Of a stretch of 64,000 nucleotides of DNA, positions 1 through 10,378 are shown piece by piece. Source of the stretch: an uncultured delta proteobacterium (GTDB taxonomy: Bacteria; Myxococcota_A; UBA9160; SMWR01); the NCBI GenBank assembly GCA_963832165.1, contig CAWHTE010000003.1, positions 544,001 through 608,000 of the forward strand, written 5' to 3'. The notes under the pieces were generated by a model. It was not told where the DNA came from, ran no database searches, and saw only the letters and a list, made by a program, of their open reading frames with translations. Position numbers and translations under genes: made by a program. Position 1 is the stretch's first letter. Each line of letters opens with the position of its first letter.

Positions 1-496
1 CGGGCTGTGCATGGGCACGCGGCCGGGCGCGCTTGATCCCGGCGTCGTGCTCTACCTGTTCCAGAACCTCGGACTCTCCGACAAGGAGGTCGAGGCGATC
101 CTCTACAAGAAGTCGGGGCTGCTCGGGATCTCCGGGATCAGCAACGATATGCGCGTCCTGCTCGCGAGCAGCGAGCCCAGCGCGCGCCTCGCCGTCGACT
201 ACTTCGTGTACCGCGCGGCGAAGGAGATCGGCGCGCTCTCCGCGGTGCTCGGCGGGCTCGACGCGCTGGTCTTCTGCGCGGGGATCGGCGAGCGCTCGGC
301 GGAGATCCGCGGGCGGATCTGCGAGGCTTCGCGCTGGCTCGGGATCGAGCTCGACGCCGACGCGAACGCGCGCGGTAGGCCGCGCATCACACGCGCGGGC
401 AGCCGGACGTCTGCGTGGGTGATCCCGACCAACGAGGAGCTCATGATCGCGCGCCACGCGAGCGCGCTGCTCGATCTCGGAGAGGTGCGCGGGTGA
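1..496 (+). CDS. ackA: Acetate kinase, C-terminal part (5' end lies outside the window)
   Basis: MGTRPGALDPG, KSGLLGISGISNDMR, FCAGIGE and VIPTNEELMIA are acetate/propionate kinase motifs. Confidence 0.93.
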   Translation, partial: GLCMGTRPGALDPGVVLYLFQNLGLSDKEVEAILYKKSGLLGISGISNDMRVLLASSEPSARLAVDYFVYRAAKEIGALSAVLGGLDALVFCAGIGERSAEIRGRICEASRWLGIELDADANARGRPRITRAGSRTSAWVIPTNEELMIARHASALLDLGEVRG

Positions 497-2889
497 TTCG
501 GCAACGCCAGACGAATCCGGGCTGGCTCGTGCTCGTCGCGTGCGTGATCGGCATGGCAGGCGCCGCATTCGCCATGGACGGGGACCCGGAATGGATCCGA
601 CCCGAAGCCGTGCCGGGACGGGCCGACGCGCTGCTCACCGAGCTCGAGACGGCCAAGCCCAGCGTCGCCCAACAGGAGAAGCTCCTCGGCGTCGAGCGGA
701 GCTTTGGCGAGCTCGTGCCGCGGCTCGATGCACTGAACGGTCGGATCGAGACGGCGCTCGCGGGCGACACGGAGCTGGAACAGCTCGAGGACCTGAGGCG
801 CGAGCTCGTTGCGAGTGTATCGCCACTCACTACCTGGCACGCGGTCCTCGAGGCCGAGACCCAGCGCCTGTCGGGCGCACTGGATCGGATCCAACACGCG
901 CACGAGGTGTGGTCGGCGACGCTCTCGCGAGCCGAGACGGCCGAGGCGGACGCAGCGGTTGCGCGGCGCGTGCGCGCGTCGCTCCAGCTGCTGGAGGAGG
1001 GGACGGTCTCGCTGCGTGCGTGGCGCGACCGCGTGCTGGCGCTCCACGATCGCGTGCTCGAGCGACGCACCTCGGTGACGTCCGTGCTTGCCCGCCTCGA
1101 GGCAACCGCCAAGGTCGAGCGCAAGGGGCTGCTCGTTCCCGATCGGCCGCCGCTCTGGCGGACCGGATATACGGAGGCTCTCCGCAGGGAGCAGCCTCGG
1201 ATCTTCGAGAACGTCGGCGGCTTCGTGACGCAGAATCGCGACTATCTGCTGTCCGATCCCCGCCCGCTGATCGCGCAGCTGGTGCTCATCGCTTTGCTCG
1301 CGGTCGTCCTGCGCCAGGCGGCGCCGAGGGCGCGACAGCGCGCCGCGCTGACGCCGGAGCTCGCCGATGCAGCGCGCGTGCTGGAGCGTCCGATCGCGAT
1401 CGCAACGCTCCTGGTGCTGCTCGCCACCCCGTGGCTCCAGCCGCTCGCGCCGCGGCGCTTCATCCAGGTCATGGCGCTGGTCGCGCTGATCGCGGTGGCG
1501 CGCGTGGTCTCTCACACGTCCCGGGAGTCGAGCGGCGTCGCGCTCGCGAGTCTGTTCGGCTTGCTCCTGCTCGACCGCCTGGCGCTCGCCGTCGAAGAGC
1601 TTCCGACCGTTGCGCAGACGCTCTTCCTGATCGAGCTCGGGCTCGGTCTGTTCTTCGCGATCCATGTGGCGCGGCGCGGCGGTCTCGTGGGCCGCGGGCT
1701 CCGCTGGGTGAGAAACGGAGCGCGGGTTGCCGCGGTGGCGCTCGCGATCGCGCTGGCGGCAGAGGTGGGCGGCTGGGGTCAGCTCGCGAGGTTGCTCGGG
1801 GGCGGCGCGATCGTAGCCGCACTGACCGCCGTCTTCGTCTGGGCGGCCGTGACGGCATTGGACGCGCTGCTCGTCTGGACCCTCCATTCGCCGCGCTGGG
1901 GGCGACTGCTGCGGGGTGGGCGTTTCGCGCGGCGCCTGGTTCGCTGGCTGGGCATCGGCGTCTGGCTCTATCTCCTCGTCGTCAGCGTGGGCCAGCGCGA
2001 TTGGGTGGCCCAGTTGCTGGGGCGCATCCTCGATGCCGGCATCTCGGTCGGCGCGCTCTCGCTCACGCTCGGCGGCGTGCTCGTGTTTGCGCTCACGCTC
2101 GCGGCGTCGCCGTTCATCGCGCGCGCGATCGTCGTCGTGCTCGAGGAGGGGGTCTACCCGCGCGCGCACTTGTCGCGCGGCATGCCGTACGCGCTGTCCA
2201 CGATGGTGCGCTATGCGGTCTACTCGTTCGCGTTCATCGCAGCGCTCGCGGCCGCGGGCGTGCACCTCTCCCAGCTCTCCATCCTGCTCGGTGGCCTCGG
2301 CGTCGGTGTGGGTCTCGGCCTGCAGGACTTCGTCAAGAACTTCGCCGCCGGGCTCACGCTGCTGTTCGAGCGGCGCGTGCACGTGGGAGACGTCGTGCAG
2401 ATTCCGAGCCGCGAGATCTTCGGGCGCGTGCTCCAGATCGGGATGCGCGCCGTGATGGTCCGGAATTGGGACGGGGCCGAGGTGATCGTTCCCAACATGG
2501 ACCTGATCTCGGGTGCGGTCACCAACTGGACGTTGTCCGACCAGCAGCGCCGCATCGAGATACCCGTCGGCGCGGCCTACGGGACCGATCCGGAGCAGGT
2601 GATCTCGCTCCTGCTCGGGGTGGCGCGCGCGCACGAGGACGTCCTCGAGCATCCGCCTCCCCTTGCGCTCTTCCAGGGCTTCGGCGAGAGCTCGCTCGAC
2701 TTCGTGTTGCGCTCATGGACCGATCGCGACTACGACCGCACATCGGCGATCCGCAGCGAGCTCGCGCTCGGAATACACCGCAGCCTGAGCGAGGCCGGCA
2801 TCGAGATCCCGTTCCCGCAACGCGACCTGCACGTCGCGAGCGTCTCCGCGTCGGTGCGCGCCGCCCTGGCCGGAAAGGACGACGACTAG
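493..2889 (+). CDS. Large MscS-family (MscK-like) mechanosensitive channel
   Basis: GTG start overlaps the ackA stop (GTGA). Signal-like N-terminus, helical periplasmic region, many TM helices, GVGVGLGLQDFVKNF, VIVPN, NWT and IEIPFPQRDLH motifs. Confidence 0.9.
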   Translation: MIRQRQTNPGWLVLVACVIGMAGAAFAMDGDPEWIRPEAVPGRADALLTELETAKPSVAQQEKLLGVERSFGELVPRLDALNGRIETALAGDTELEQLEDLRRELVASVSPLTTWHAVLEAETQRLSGALDRIQHAHEVWSATLSRAETAEADAAVARRVRASLQLLEEGTVSLRAWRDRVLALHDRVLERRTSVTSVLARLEATAKVERKGLLVPDRPPLWRTGYTEALRREQPRIFENVGGFVTQNRDYLLSDPRPLIAQLVLIALLAVVLRQAAPRARQRAALTPELADAARVLERPIAIATLLVLLATPWLQPLAPRRFIQVMALVALIAVARVVSHTSRESSGVALASLFGLLLLDRLALAVEELPTVAQTLFLIELGLGLFFAIHVARRGGLVGRGLRWVRNGARVAAVALAIALAAEVGGWGQLARLLGGGAIVAALTAVFVWAAVTALDALLVWTLHSPRWGRLLRGGRFARRLVRWLGIGVWLYLLVVSVGQRDWVAQLLGRILDAGISVGALSLTLGGVLVFALTLAASPFIARAIVVVLEEGVYPRAHLSRGMPYALSTMVRYAVYSFAFIAALAAAGVHLSQLSILLGGLGVGVGLGLQDFVKNFAAGLTLLFERRVHVGDVVQIPSREIFGRVLQIGMRAVMVRNWDGAEVIVPNMDLISGAVTNWTLSDQQRRIEIPVGAAYGTDPEQVISLLLGVARAHEDVLEHPPPLALFQGFGESSLDFVLRSWTDRDYDRTSAIRSELALGIHRSLSEAGIEIPFPQRDLHVASVSASVRAALAGKDDD

Positions 2890-2933
2890 CCTCGCACGGA
2901 CGCTTTGGCTCCGCTTCCCGTTGGCGGTAGAGC

Positions 2934-3830
2934 ATGACCACGTTCCATTCCTCCTCGCGCGAGGTGGCTCGACGCGCTCGGCGATGCCGCGTCGCTGCAG
3001 GGCTGGCGGTTTGTCTGCTCTGCGCGGCGCGGTCGCTTCCGGCGGAGGAAGCGGCGACGGCGCCGACCGCCTCGAACGTCGCGGCCGAGTTCAGCGATCC
3101 GCTCACGACGCTCCCGCAGATCTTTCTCCAGAACGCCTACACCCCGGACAATCACGGCACCGACGCCGCGACCAACCGTCTGACCGCCCGGCTGATCGTT
3201 CCGCGCGTTCCGAGCACGGCGCTGCTGCCGTTCATCCAGCTGATCCGGCCCAGCGTCTCGCTCGTGACGGTGCCGGAGGGCAGGGGCGAGGCCACGCGTA
3301 CCGAGTTCGGCGATGCGCAGCTCTTCGACCTGGGAGTCCTGCCATGGGGGCGCGAGAGCGGTCTGTTGATGGGCGCGGGACCGGTGTTCGTGTTCCCGAC
3401 CGCGACGCACCGGACCGCTGGCCAAGGCGCCTGGCAGGTGGGTCCTGCTTTCGCCGCGATCTACAAGGGTGTGCCGGGCCTGCTGCTCGGGGTGCTGGTG
3501 CAGAATCCGATCTCGTTCGCCTACACCGATGCGGACCGCGACCCGGTCAGCACGCTGCTCGTCCAGCCGATCGCGCTGGCCTATCTCGGACGCGGCTTCT
3601 ACGTGAAGTCCGCCGACGCCACGCTCGTTCGCGGGTGGCACGACGGGTCGGCGACCGTCCTGCCGGTCAGCCTCGGGCTCGGATATGTCCGGGTGCGCGA
3701 GGGGTGGCCGCCGATCAACATCTTCGCGAGCGGCGAGTGGACCGCCTATCGACGGCACGCGCCCGTGGCACCGGAGTGGACCGCGCGCATCGGTGTGACG
3801 GTGGCCTTTCCGCAGTGGCGGCCGTGGTAG
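2934..3830 (+). CDS. Exported, probable outer-membrane beta-barrel protein (type often auto-annotated neuromedin U-like/transporter)
   Basis: Signal peptide, then amphipathic beta strands (GAGPVFVFPTAT, GQGAWQVGPA, LPVSLGLG) and an aromatic C-terminus. Confidence 0.6.
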   Translation: MTTFHSSSREVARRARRCRVAAGLAVCLLCAARSLPAEEAATAPTASNVAAEFSDPLTTLPQIFLQNAYTPDNHGTDAATNRLTARLIVPRVPSTALLPFIQLIRPSVSLVTVPEGRGEATRTEFGDAQLFDLGVLPWGRESGLLMGAGPVFVFPTATHRTAGQGAWQVGPAFAAIYKGVPGLLLGVLVQNPISFAYTDADRDPVSTLLVQPIALAYLGRGFYVKSADATLVRGWHDGSATVLPVSLGLGYVRVREGWPPINIFASGEWTAYRRHAPVAPEWTARIGVTVAFPQWRPW

Positions 3831-3845
3831 CGCCACGTGCGCGGA

Positions 3846-4499
3846 TCACGAGCGCCGTTCCTGCTGGCGGTACAGGCTGACCAGACGCGCGACGAGAACC
3901 GCCAGGTACAACTGACCCGCCACCGCCTCGAGTATCGCGAGGCCGCGCGCCGGACCGCTCACGGGCACGACGTCGCCGTAGCCCAGCGTCGCGAGCGTCA
4001 CGAAGCTGAAGTAGAAGCCGCTGCCGAGATCGAGATCGGCCTCGAGCGGTGCGCCGAACGATTCCGGTGCGATCTGATCGAGCAGCGCATAGCCGACGCC
4101 GAAGATGAGCCCGACCAGGAGATAGACGTCGAGCGCGGCGAACAGGTGCTCGCTGTCCACGGTTCCAGCCCGGATTGCGAAGCGTGCCGTCGCCGCCGTG
4201 GCCAGCGCGGCCGTCACGAGCCACGCGAGCTGGCTGATCGGCTGTAGCACCGCGAAGCCGAGCGGAACGGTCAGGCCCCGAGCCGCGACACACGCGACCG
4301 CAAGCAGCACGAGCACGCGAACCCAGCGCTCGCGCGCGGCGCTGGCGATCGCGGCCACGAGATTCGCCGCGAGCAGCCACTCGAGCGGATTGAACCGCAA
4401 CAGCGATTCGAGCACGGGATTGACCGCGATCGTGAGCAGCAGCGAGACGAACAGCCAGGCGAATCGATGGCGGAGATAGCGCGCGAACAGGGTTTCCAT
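3846..4499 (-). CDS. Potassium channel family protein (Ion_trans_2)
   Basis: Pore signature YFSFVTLATLGYGDVVP and several TM helices. Confidence 0.88.
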   Translation of the reverse strand: METLFARYLRHRFAWLFVSLLLTIAVNPVLESLLRFNPLEWLLAANLVAAIASAARERWVRVLVLLAVACVAARGLTVPLGFAVLQPISQLAWLVTAALATAATARFAIRAGTVDSEHLFAALDVYLLVGLIFGVGYALLDQIAPESFGAPLEADLDLGSGFYFSFVTLATLGYGDVVPVSGPARGLAILEAVAGQLYLAVLVARLVSLYRQQERRS

Positions 4500-4584
4500 G
4501 GCGCGTTCGTCGCGGCCGATTCTAGCGGGTTGATCGCGCATGCCGACTTCCTATAGTCGCGAGCAACCGGAGGTGGGCGCTGCG

Positions 4585-5181
4585 ATGAAGGACGTCCTCA
4601 AGGATCGCGGGCGGGGCGAGGAGGCCGACTACTTCCGCAAGCAGGATCAGAAGCTCCTGCAGAAGATGCGGGAACGGGCGGCGCTCGAAGACGTGGCGGG
4701 GGCGCTCGCGGACAAGCTCCGGGTGGACGACGCCGAGCTCCTGAAGCGCGTCATCGATCTCGGGCTCACGCGGGATACCGGAGCGGCGATCCTGCTGGTG
4801 CCGCTCGTTCAGGTCGCGTGGGCCGAGGGATCCGTGAGCCCGAAGGAGCGCGAGGTGGTGTTCGAGATCGCCGCGTCGCGCGGCATCGAGGCCGGCTCGG
4901 CCGCGCATCAACAGCTCACGTCGTGGCTCGAGAAGCGGCCGTCCGACGCGCTCTTCGAGACGGCCCTGGAAGTGATGAAGTCCGGCATCGCCGTGCTTCC
5001 CGACGACGAGCGGGAAGAGCGGGTGCGCGACATCGTAGGAGCCTGCACCCGCGTCGCGGAGGCGAGCGGCGGTGGGCTAGGGAAGATCCTGGGAATCAAG
5101 ACGGGCGTCGTCGGCCAGGAGTCGGCCGTGCTCGACGCGATCGGAGCGAAGCTCCGCAGCAGCGGCTCGGCGCGCGGGTAG
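4585..5181 (+). CDS. Hypothetical protein with a TerB-like C-terminal domain and a charged N-terminal helix
   Basis: GGAGG RBS at 4569-4573. VAWAEGSVSPKERE and VAEASGG resemble TerB-like folds. Confidence 0.6.
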   Translation: MKDVLKDRGRGEEADYFRKQDQKLLQKMRERAALEDVAGALADKLRVDDAELLKRVIDLGLTRDTGAAILLVPLVQVAWAEGSVSPKEREVVFEIAASRGIEAGSAAHQQLTSWLEKRPSDALFETALEVMKSGIAVLPDDEREERVRDIVGACTRVAEASGGGLGKILGIKTGVVGQESAVLDAIGAKLRSSGSARG

Positions 5182-5194
5182 CGCCGCGAGAAGA

Positions 5195-5235
5195 CGCCGC
5201 GCCGTGAGCAGCACACGGCTGCTCACGGCACGGCG
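5195..5235. terminator. Hairpin between convergent genes, probable terminator
   Basis: 18-bp stem CGCCGCGCCGTGAGCAGC / GCTGCTCACGGCACGGCG with one mismatch and a 5-nt loop; no strong U-tract. Confidence 0.55.
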
Positions 5236-5241
5236 GTTGTC

Positions 5242-6369
5242 TCAGTCGATCACTTCGATCTCGGTGCGCCGGTTCGTCGCGCGGCCCTCGGCCGTGGTGT
5301 TCTCGGCGGCCGGGCTCGCCTCACCGAAGCCCTTGGCCTCGAGCCGGGCCGTCTCGATTCCCTGGGAGGCGAGGTAGCTGCGCGCGGCCTCGGCGCGGCG
5401 GTCGGAGAGCGCGAGGTTGTGGGCATCCGAGGCGGTCGAGTCGGTATGGCCGTCGATCTGGACGCGCAGCTTCGGGTTCTTCTGCAGGACCGTCGCGACC
5501 TCGTCGAGCGCCTGCTTGCCCTTCGCGTCGATCGCGGCGCTGTCGGTGGCGAACCGCAGTCCCTTCACGACCCAGCAGCCGCGCGCATCCACCGCAGCGC
5601 CGCGCGGCGTGCCCGGGCACGAATCCCGGTCGTCGATCACTCCGTCGGCGTCGAGATCGCGCGGCGCTGCCGCGACATCCGGGGTGGCCTCGCCGAGGAA
5701 TACGTCGCGCTCGAGCTGATGCAGCGAGGCGACCGTCGTGACGCCGTCGGCCGCGCGGAAGCTGCCGCACTCGGTCGTGTCGGAGAGCTGCTTCAGGAAC
5801 GTCGTGCCGTCCGGATCCGATCCGGTCTGCACGGTGTGCAGGCAGATGGTGCCCGAATAGTTCTTCTTCAATCCCGCCACGGCATCGAGCGCGAGCTGCG
5901 GGTCGATCTCCCGGCCGATCTCGTCCGTGAGCAGTCCGTCGCTGTAGAGCACGATCGCCGCACGGCCACTCTTGCCGTGCAAGGCGCCGCCGGCTTCCGC
6001 GATCGCCTTGTGGATCGGCGTGCCCTCGTTGAGGTGGACGATCTGCGCGGTCTCCGCGACCACGCGACCGCGCTCGAACTCCGAGAGCGGCGCGTTGGTG
6101 CGGTCGAAGCCGCCGAACGCGATCGATCCCGTTTCGTAGTCGCCCTGCGGCATCGAGCGCGCGAACGACTGCACGAGACCCTGCTGGTCGCGGAACTCCC
6201 CTTTCACCGAGTTCGACGCATCGACGAGCACGATCACCTGATCGACCGCCACCTCCTCGCCGGTTCCCGGAACGAGCGGGGGCGCGTTGATCGAAGCAGT
6301 CGGAGGCGGAGGGGAGGCACACGCGAGTGCGAACATCGCGAGAACAGTGAGTGCTGAACGGGCAAACAT
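5242..6369 (-). CDS. Lipoprotein with vWA domain, short TSP3-like Ca-binding motif and OmpA-like peptidoglycan-binding domain
   Basis: Lipobox-like ALAC, MIDAS DASNS, DLDADGVIDDRDSCPGTP, IDGHTDS...NLALSDRRA and NRRTEI. Confidence 0.85.
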   Translation of the reverse strand: MFARSALTVLAMFALACASPPPPTASINAPPLVPGTGEEVAVDQVIVLVDASNSVKGEFRDQQGLVQSFARSMPQGDYETGSIAFGGFDRTNAPLSEFERGRVVAETAQIVHLNEGTPIHKAIAEAGGALHGKSGRAAIVLYSDGLLTDEIGREIDPQLALDAVAGLKKNYSGTICLHTVQTGSDPDGTTFLKQLSDTTECGSFRAADGVTTVASLHQLERDVFLGEATPDVAAAPRDLDADGVIDDRDSCPGTPRGAAVDARGCWVVKGLRFATDSAAIDAKGKQALDEVATVLQKNPKLRVQIDGHTDSTASDAHNLALSDRRAEAARSYLASQGIETARLEAKGFGEASPAAENTTAEGRATNRRTEIEVID

Positions 6370-6580
6370 GATCGGACCTCGCTTTCGGCCCGCGGACGGG
6401 CTGGGCCCCAATCCTACTATTTCCTGGTTCCAGAGGGGGACTATTGAGAAGCCTCTACACGGGGTGTCAACGGATTGACGGTGCCCGCGCGGCTGTGGAT
6501 CCATAGGGGCGTTCCAGGAGATCCACATGTTGTGTAGGGGCCCGGCTGAACGAGCGGATTTCCTCGGGAAAGGCCGCTGA

Positions 6581-7522
6581 ATGCGCCTGACACTGAGCAT
6601 CCCGAGCTTCGGCCCGTTCTTCCCGGCCGACCGGCTGCACGAGGTGGTCGACCTAGCGCGGCGCGCCGAAGCGGCCGGTGTCGACACCGTGATCGTGCCC
6701 GACCACGTGGTGATGAGCGAGCACACGGACGCCTACGAGTGGGGGCCGTTTCCGTTCCCGATCGAGGTGCCGTGGCTCGAGCCGCTCACCGTGCTCGCGG
6801 CGATCGCGGGTGCGACCTCGCGCGTGCGGCTCGCCACGGGCATTCTGATCGCGCCGCTGCGCCCCGCGATCGTGCTCGCGAAGACCGCCGCGACGCTCGA
6901 CGTGCTCTCGCAGGGCCGGCTCGAGCTCGGCGTGGGAGTCGGCTGGCAGCGCGAGGAGTTCGAGGCGGCCGGTCTCGACTTCGATCGGCGCGCGCAGCGG
7001 CTCGACGACACGATCGCCGCCTGCCGCGTGCTCTGGACCGATTCGCCGGCCTCGTTCTCTTCGGAGACGGTCTCGTTCGAGAAGATCTGGTGTGAGCCGA
7101 GACCCGCGCAGCGCATTCCCGTGTGGTTCTCGGGAACGCTGCACAAGCGGAATCTCGAGCGCATCGTGCGCTGGGGAGACGGCTGGATCCCGATCATGAC
7201 GGCGACGCGCAGCGACGTCGCCGAGGGTGCGAAGCGTCTCGCCGACGCGTTCGCGCGCGCGGGCCGCGATGCGAGCGCGCTCAAGGTGCGCGGCTCGCTC
7301 GAGCTGCGCATGGGCGCGAACGGACGCCCCGACCTCGCGGCGACGCTCGCGAGCGCGCACGACCTCGCCGCCGCGGGCGCCACCGACGTACAGCTCGGAC
7401 TGCTCGCGTTCGTTCGAAAGCCCGAGCAGCTCGACGCGTTCTTCGAGGAATTGCGCGAACGCTGGACGCAAGTTTCGCGCAGCGAGCCGCAGGCGAGCGA
7501 AGACCATCGGGTGGGCAAATGA
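6581..7522 (+). CDS. Luciferase-like (LLM-class) flavin/F420-dependent oxidoreductase
   Basis: PDHVV, EPLTVLAAIAGAT and LAKTAATLDVLSQGRLELGVGVGW motifs. Confidence 0.88.
   Translation: MRLTLSIPSFGPFFPADRLHEVVDLARRAEAAGVDTVIVPDHVVMSEHTDAYEWGPFPFPIEVPWLEPLTVLAAIAGATSRVRLATGILIAPLRPAIVLAKTAATLDVLSQGRLELGVGVGWQREEFEAAGLDFDRRAQRLDDTIAACRVLWTDSPASFSSETVSFEKIWCEPRPAQRIPVWFSGTLHKRNLERIVRWGDGWIPIMTATRSDVAEGAKRLADAFARAGRDASALKVRGSLELRMGANGRPDLAATLASAHDLAAAGATDVQLGLLAFVRKPEQLDAFFEELRERWTQVSRSEPQASEDHRVGK
7476..7511 (+). repeat. Short interspersed repeat, copy 1, inside the 3' end of the LLM gene (encodes RSEPQASEDHR)
   Basis: CGCGCAGCGAGCCGCAGGCGAGCGAAGACCATCGGG, 32/36 identical to 8616-8651. Confidence 0.7.
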
Positions 7523-8692
7523 AGATCCTCGTGATGGGTGGCACCCAGTTCAACGGGCTCGCACTCGTGCGCGAGCTCGTGCGGACGGGCCACGACGTCT
7601 CGGTCTGCAACCGCGGAAAGACCGCGGCCGATCTGCCGCGACAGGTCGCGCGCTTGATCGCCGATCGCACCGATCCCGCTGCGCTGCGCGCGGCGCTCGC
7701 GGGTCGCGACTGGGACTGCGTGTTCGACATCAGCGCGTATCGCCCCGAGGACGCGCGCCTCATGAGCGAGATCCTGCGCGGGCGGACCGGCCACTACGTG
7801 TTCGCGAGCTCCACGGTGATCTACGCACCGAGCGATCTGCTGCCGATCACCGAGGACCACCCGCTCGACACGAGCGAGCGCCAGAACGAATACGGTCGCA
7901 ACAAGATCCTGTGCGAGGAGATCCTGCTTCGCGAGCACCGCGAGCGCGGCTTCCCGGCCACGATCGCGGCGTTCTCGATGGTGTTCGGCCCGAACAACAT
8001 CATCCCCGACCGCGAGCAGCGCATGTTCGTGCGGCTCGCGCGCGGGCGCCCGGTGCTGGTCCCGGGCGATGGAACCACGCTCGGTCAGGTCGGTCATGTC
8101 GACGACGAGGCGCGCGCGCTGCGCATGATGGCGGGGAAGTCGGTCGCGATCGGACGGCGCTACAACCTCACGGGCGGCGACATGTTCAGCGACGAGGGCT
8201 ACGTCGACACGTTCGCGGACGTGGTCGGGTGCCGCGCCCGAGAAGCTGTCCATCCCCGCGGCCTGGATGGACGATCTCTACGCGGGGCGCATGTCGATCT
8301 CGGGGCGGCCGCTCCAGGCAAACGTCGACACGCGCACGGTGGGGTACGACGCCCGCTCTGCCGCACTGTTCGGCGTGCAGCGGATCCTGCAGCGCCTCGC
8401 GCCGCACCTGCACCACTGGAACCGCAGCGTCTTCTTCTCGATCGAGCGCCTGCGCCGCGACATCGGCTGGGAGCCCGAGTACACGTTCCCGGCGGCGGTC
8501 GCGCAGACCTGGGAGTGGATGCAGAGCACGGGGCTCGTCCGCACGCGCGACTTCGACTTCTCGTTCGAAGACGACCTGATCGCGAAGATCCGGGCGTGCA
8601 AGCGGCCGGAGGCCGCGCGCAGCGAGGCGAAGGTGAGCGAAGACGATCGGGGTTGCCGAGCGAAGATCGGACGGGTGGATAGAATCCTCTGA
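7519..8692 (+). CDS. NAD-dependent epimerase/dehydratase family protein, +1 frameshift near 8239
   Basis: MKILVMGGTQFNG Rossmann start and YGRNK (YxxxK). C-terminus continues in ORF 8267-8692 (FSIERLRRDIGWEP). Confidence 0.8.
8616..8651 (+). repeat. Short interspersed repeat, copy 2, inside the 3' end of the epimerase gene (encodes RSEAKVSEDDR)
   Basis: CGCGCAGCGAGGCGAAGGTGAGCGAAGACGATCGGG, 32/36 identical to 7476-7511. Confidence 0.7.
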
Positions 8693-10372
8693 TGGCAGAC
8701 GTTCGGGAAATCGAAGCGCGGCTGACGGGTCCCGGCGGCCTGTTCGAAGTGGTGACCGAGGACGTGCGCGGCCGGCCGCTGCGCGTGTTCAAGAACCGCA
8801 CGCGCTCGCTGCGCGCGCTGCTCGAGAGCTCGCGCGCGCACGGCGACAAGGAGTACATCGTCTACGCGGGCGAGCGCATCACGTACGCGCAGCACTTCGC
8901 GCGCGTGTCGGCGTTCGCGCACGTGCTTCGCGAGCGCTACGGCGTCCGGTCGGGGGAGCGCGTCGCGATCCTGGCCGCGAACCGCCCCGAGTGGCTGATC
9001 GCGTTCTGGGCCACGGTGAGCGTCGGGCGGCGTGGTCGCGGCGCTGAACGGCTGGTGGACCGAGGACGAGATCCGCTACGGCATCAGCGACAGCGATCCG
9101 GTGGTCGTGATCGGCGATCGCGTCGCGCCTCGCGCGGCTGCGGTGCCCGCGGCGCCGGCGTTCCGGTCGTGGAGATGGAGTCGGAGTTCGCGCAGCTCGA
9201 GGCGAGCGGCGCGGGAAAGCCGCTGCCCGACGCGGACATCGCCGAGGACGATCCCGCGGTGATCCTCTACACGAGCGGCACCACGGGGCGGCCGAAGGGC
9301 GCCGTGAACACGCACCGCGGGATCTGCGGCTTCGTCTCGGTGGGCATGTTCAACGGTGTGAAGATGATGGTCTACGCGGCCGAGTCGGGTCGCAAGCCGG
9401 CGGGTGGCGCACCGGCGAGCCCGTCGATGCTCGTCACGGTGCCGCTCTTCCATCTCTCGGGGCTCTACTCGGGCTGCGTGATGATGCTCGCCGCCGGCGC
9501 GAAGTGCGTGTACCGCCCCGGCCGCTTCGACCCCGGGGATGTGCTGCGCCTGATCGAGCAGGAGCGCATCACGTCGTGGCCTGCGCTCGGCAACATGCCA
9601 CACCGCGTCGTGTCACACCCCGACATCGCGAAGTACGACCTCTCGAGCATGAGCAACATCGGCGGCGGAGGCGGGCCCACGAGTCCCGAGATCCAGCGCC
9701 GCCTGCGCGAGGCGTTTCCGTCGAGCAAGGGGGCCATGGGGCTCGGCTACGGGCTCTCCGAGTCGGTGACTGCGGTGGCGATGATCACGGGCGACGAGCT
9801 GCTCGCGCATCCGACCTCGGTCGGGCGCCCCGCGGCGACGCACGAGATCGAGATCCGCGACCCCGACGGTAAGCCGCATGCCCGAGGGCATCGAAGGCGA
9901 GATCTACATCCGCAGCCCGTATCTGATGCGCGAGTACTGGCGCAAGCCCGAGGCCACGCGCGAGGTGCTGGTCGCAGACGGCTGGCTGCGCACGGGCGAC
10001 ATCGGACACTTCGAGGACGGCCGCCTCTACATCAACTCGCGCGCGCGCGACATGATCCTGCGCGGCGGCGAGAACATCTACCCCGTGGAGATCGAGCAGC
10101 GCATCGAGACGCATCCCGACGTCGCCGAGGCGGCCGTGCTCGGCGTCGACCACGAGGAGCTCGGCCAGGAGGTGAAGGCCGTGGTCGTGCCGCGCGAAGG
10201 CGCACGCGTCGATCCGGCGGCGCTCGCGGCCTGGGTGGGCGAGACGCTCGCGGCCTACAAGGTGCCCGCGCACTGGGAGGTGCGCGCCGAGCCGCTGCCG
10301 CGCAACGCCGCGGGCAAGGTGCTCAAGAACGTGCTCGCGGGCGCGGCGCAGAACCAGTTCGTCGAGGAATAG
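8692..10372 (+). CDS. Class I adenylate-forming enzyme (acyl-CoA synthetase), frameshifts near 9025, 9120-9150 and 9875
   Basis: YTSGTTGRPKG, GYGLSE, GWLRTGDIG, RGGENIYP and LPRNAAGK motifs spread over ORFs 8692, 9032 and 9878. Confidence 0.88.
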
Positions 10373-10378
10373 GCCGGA

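Noticed and set aside
6466..6479. Palindrome GTCAA-N4-TTGAC in the ompA/LLM divergent region
   Set aside because: Only 5+5 bp and inverted relative to the FNR consensus; too weak to call.
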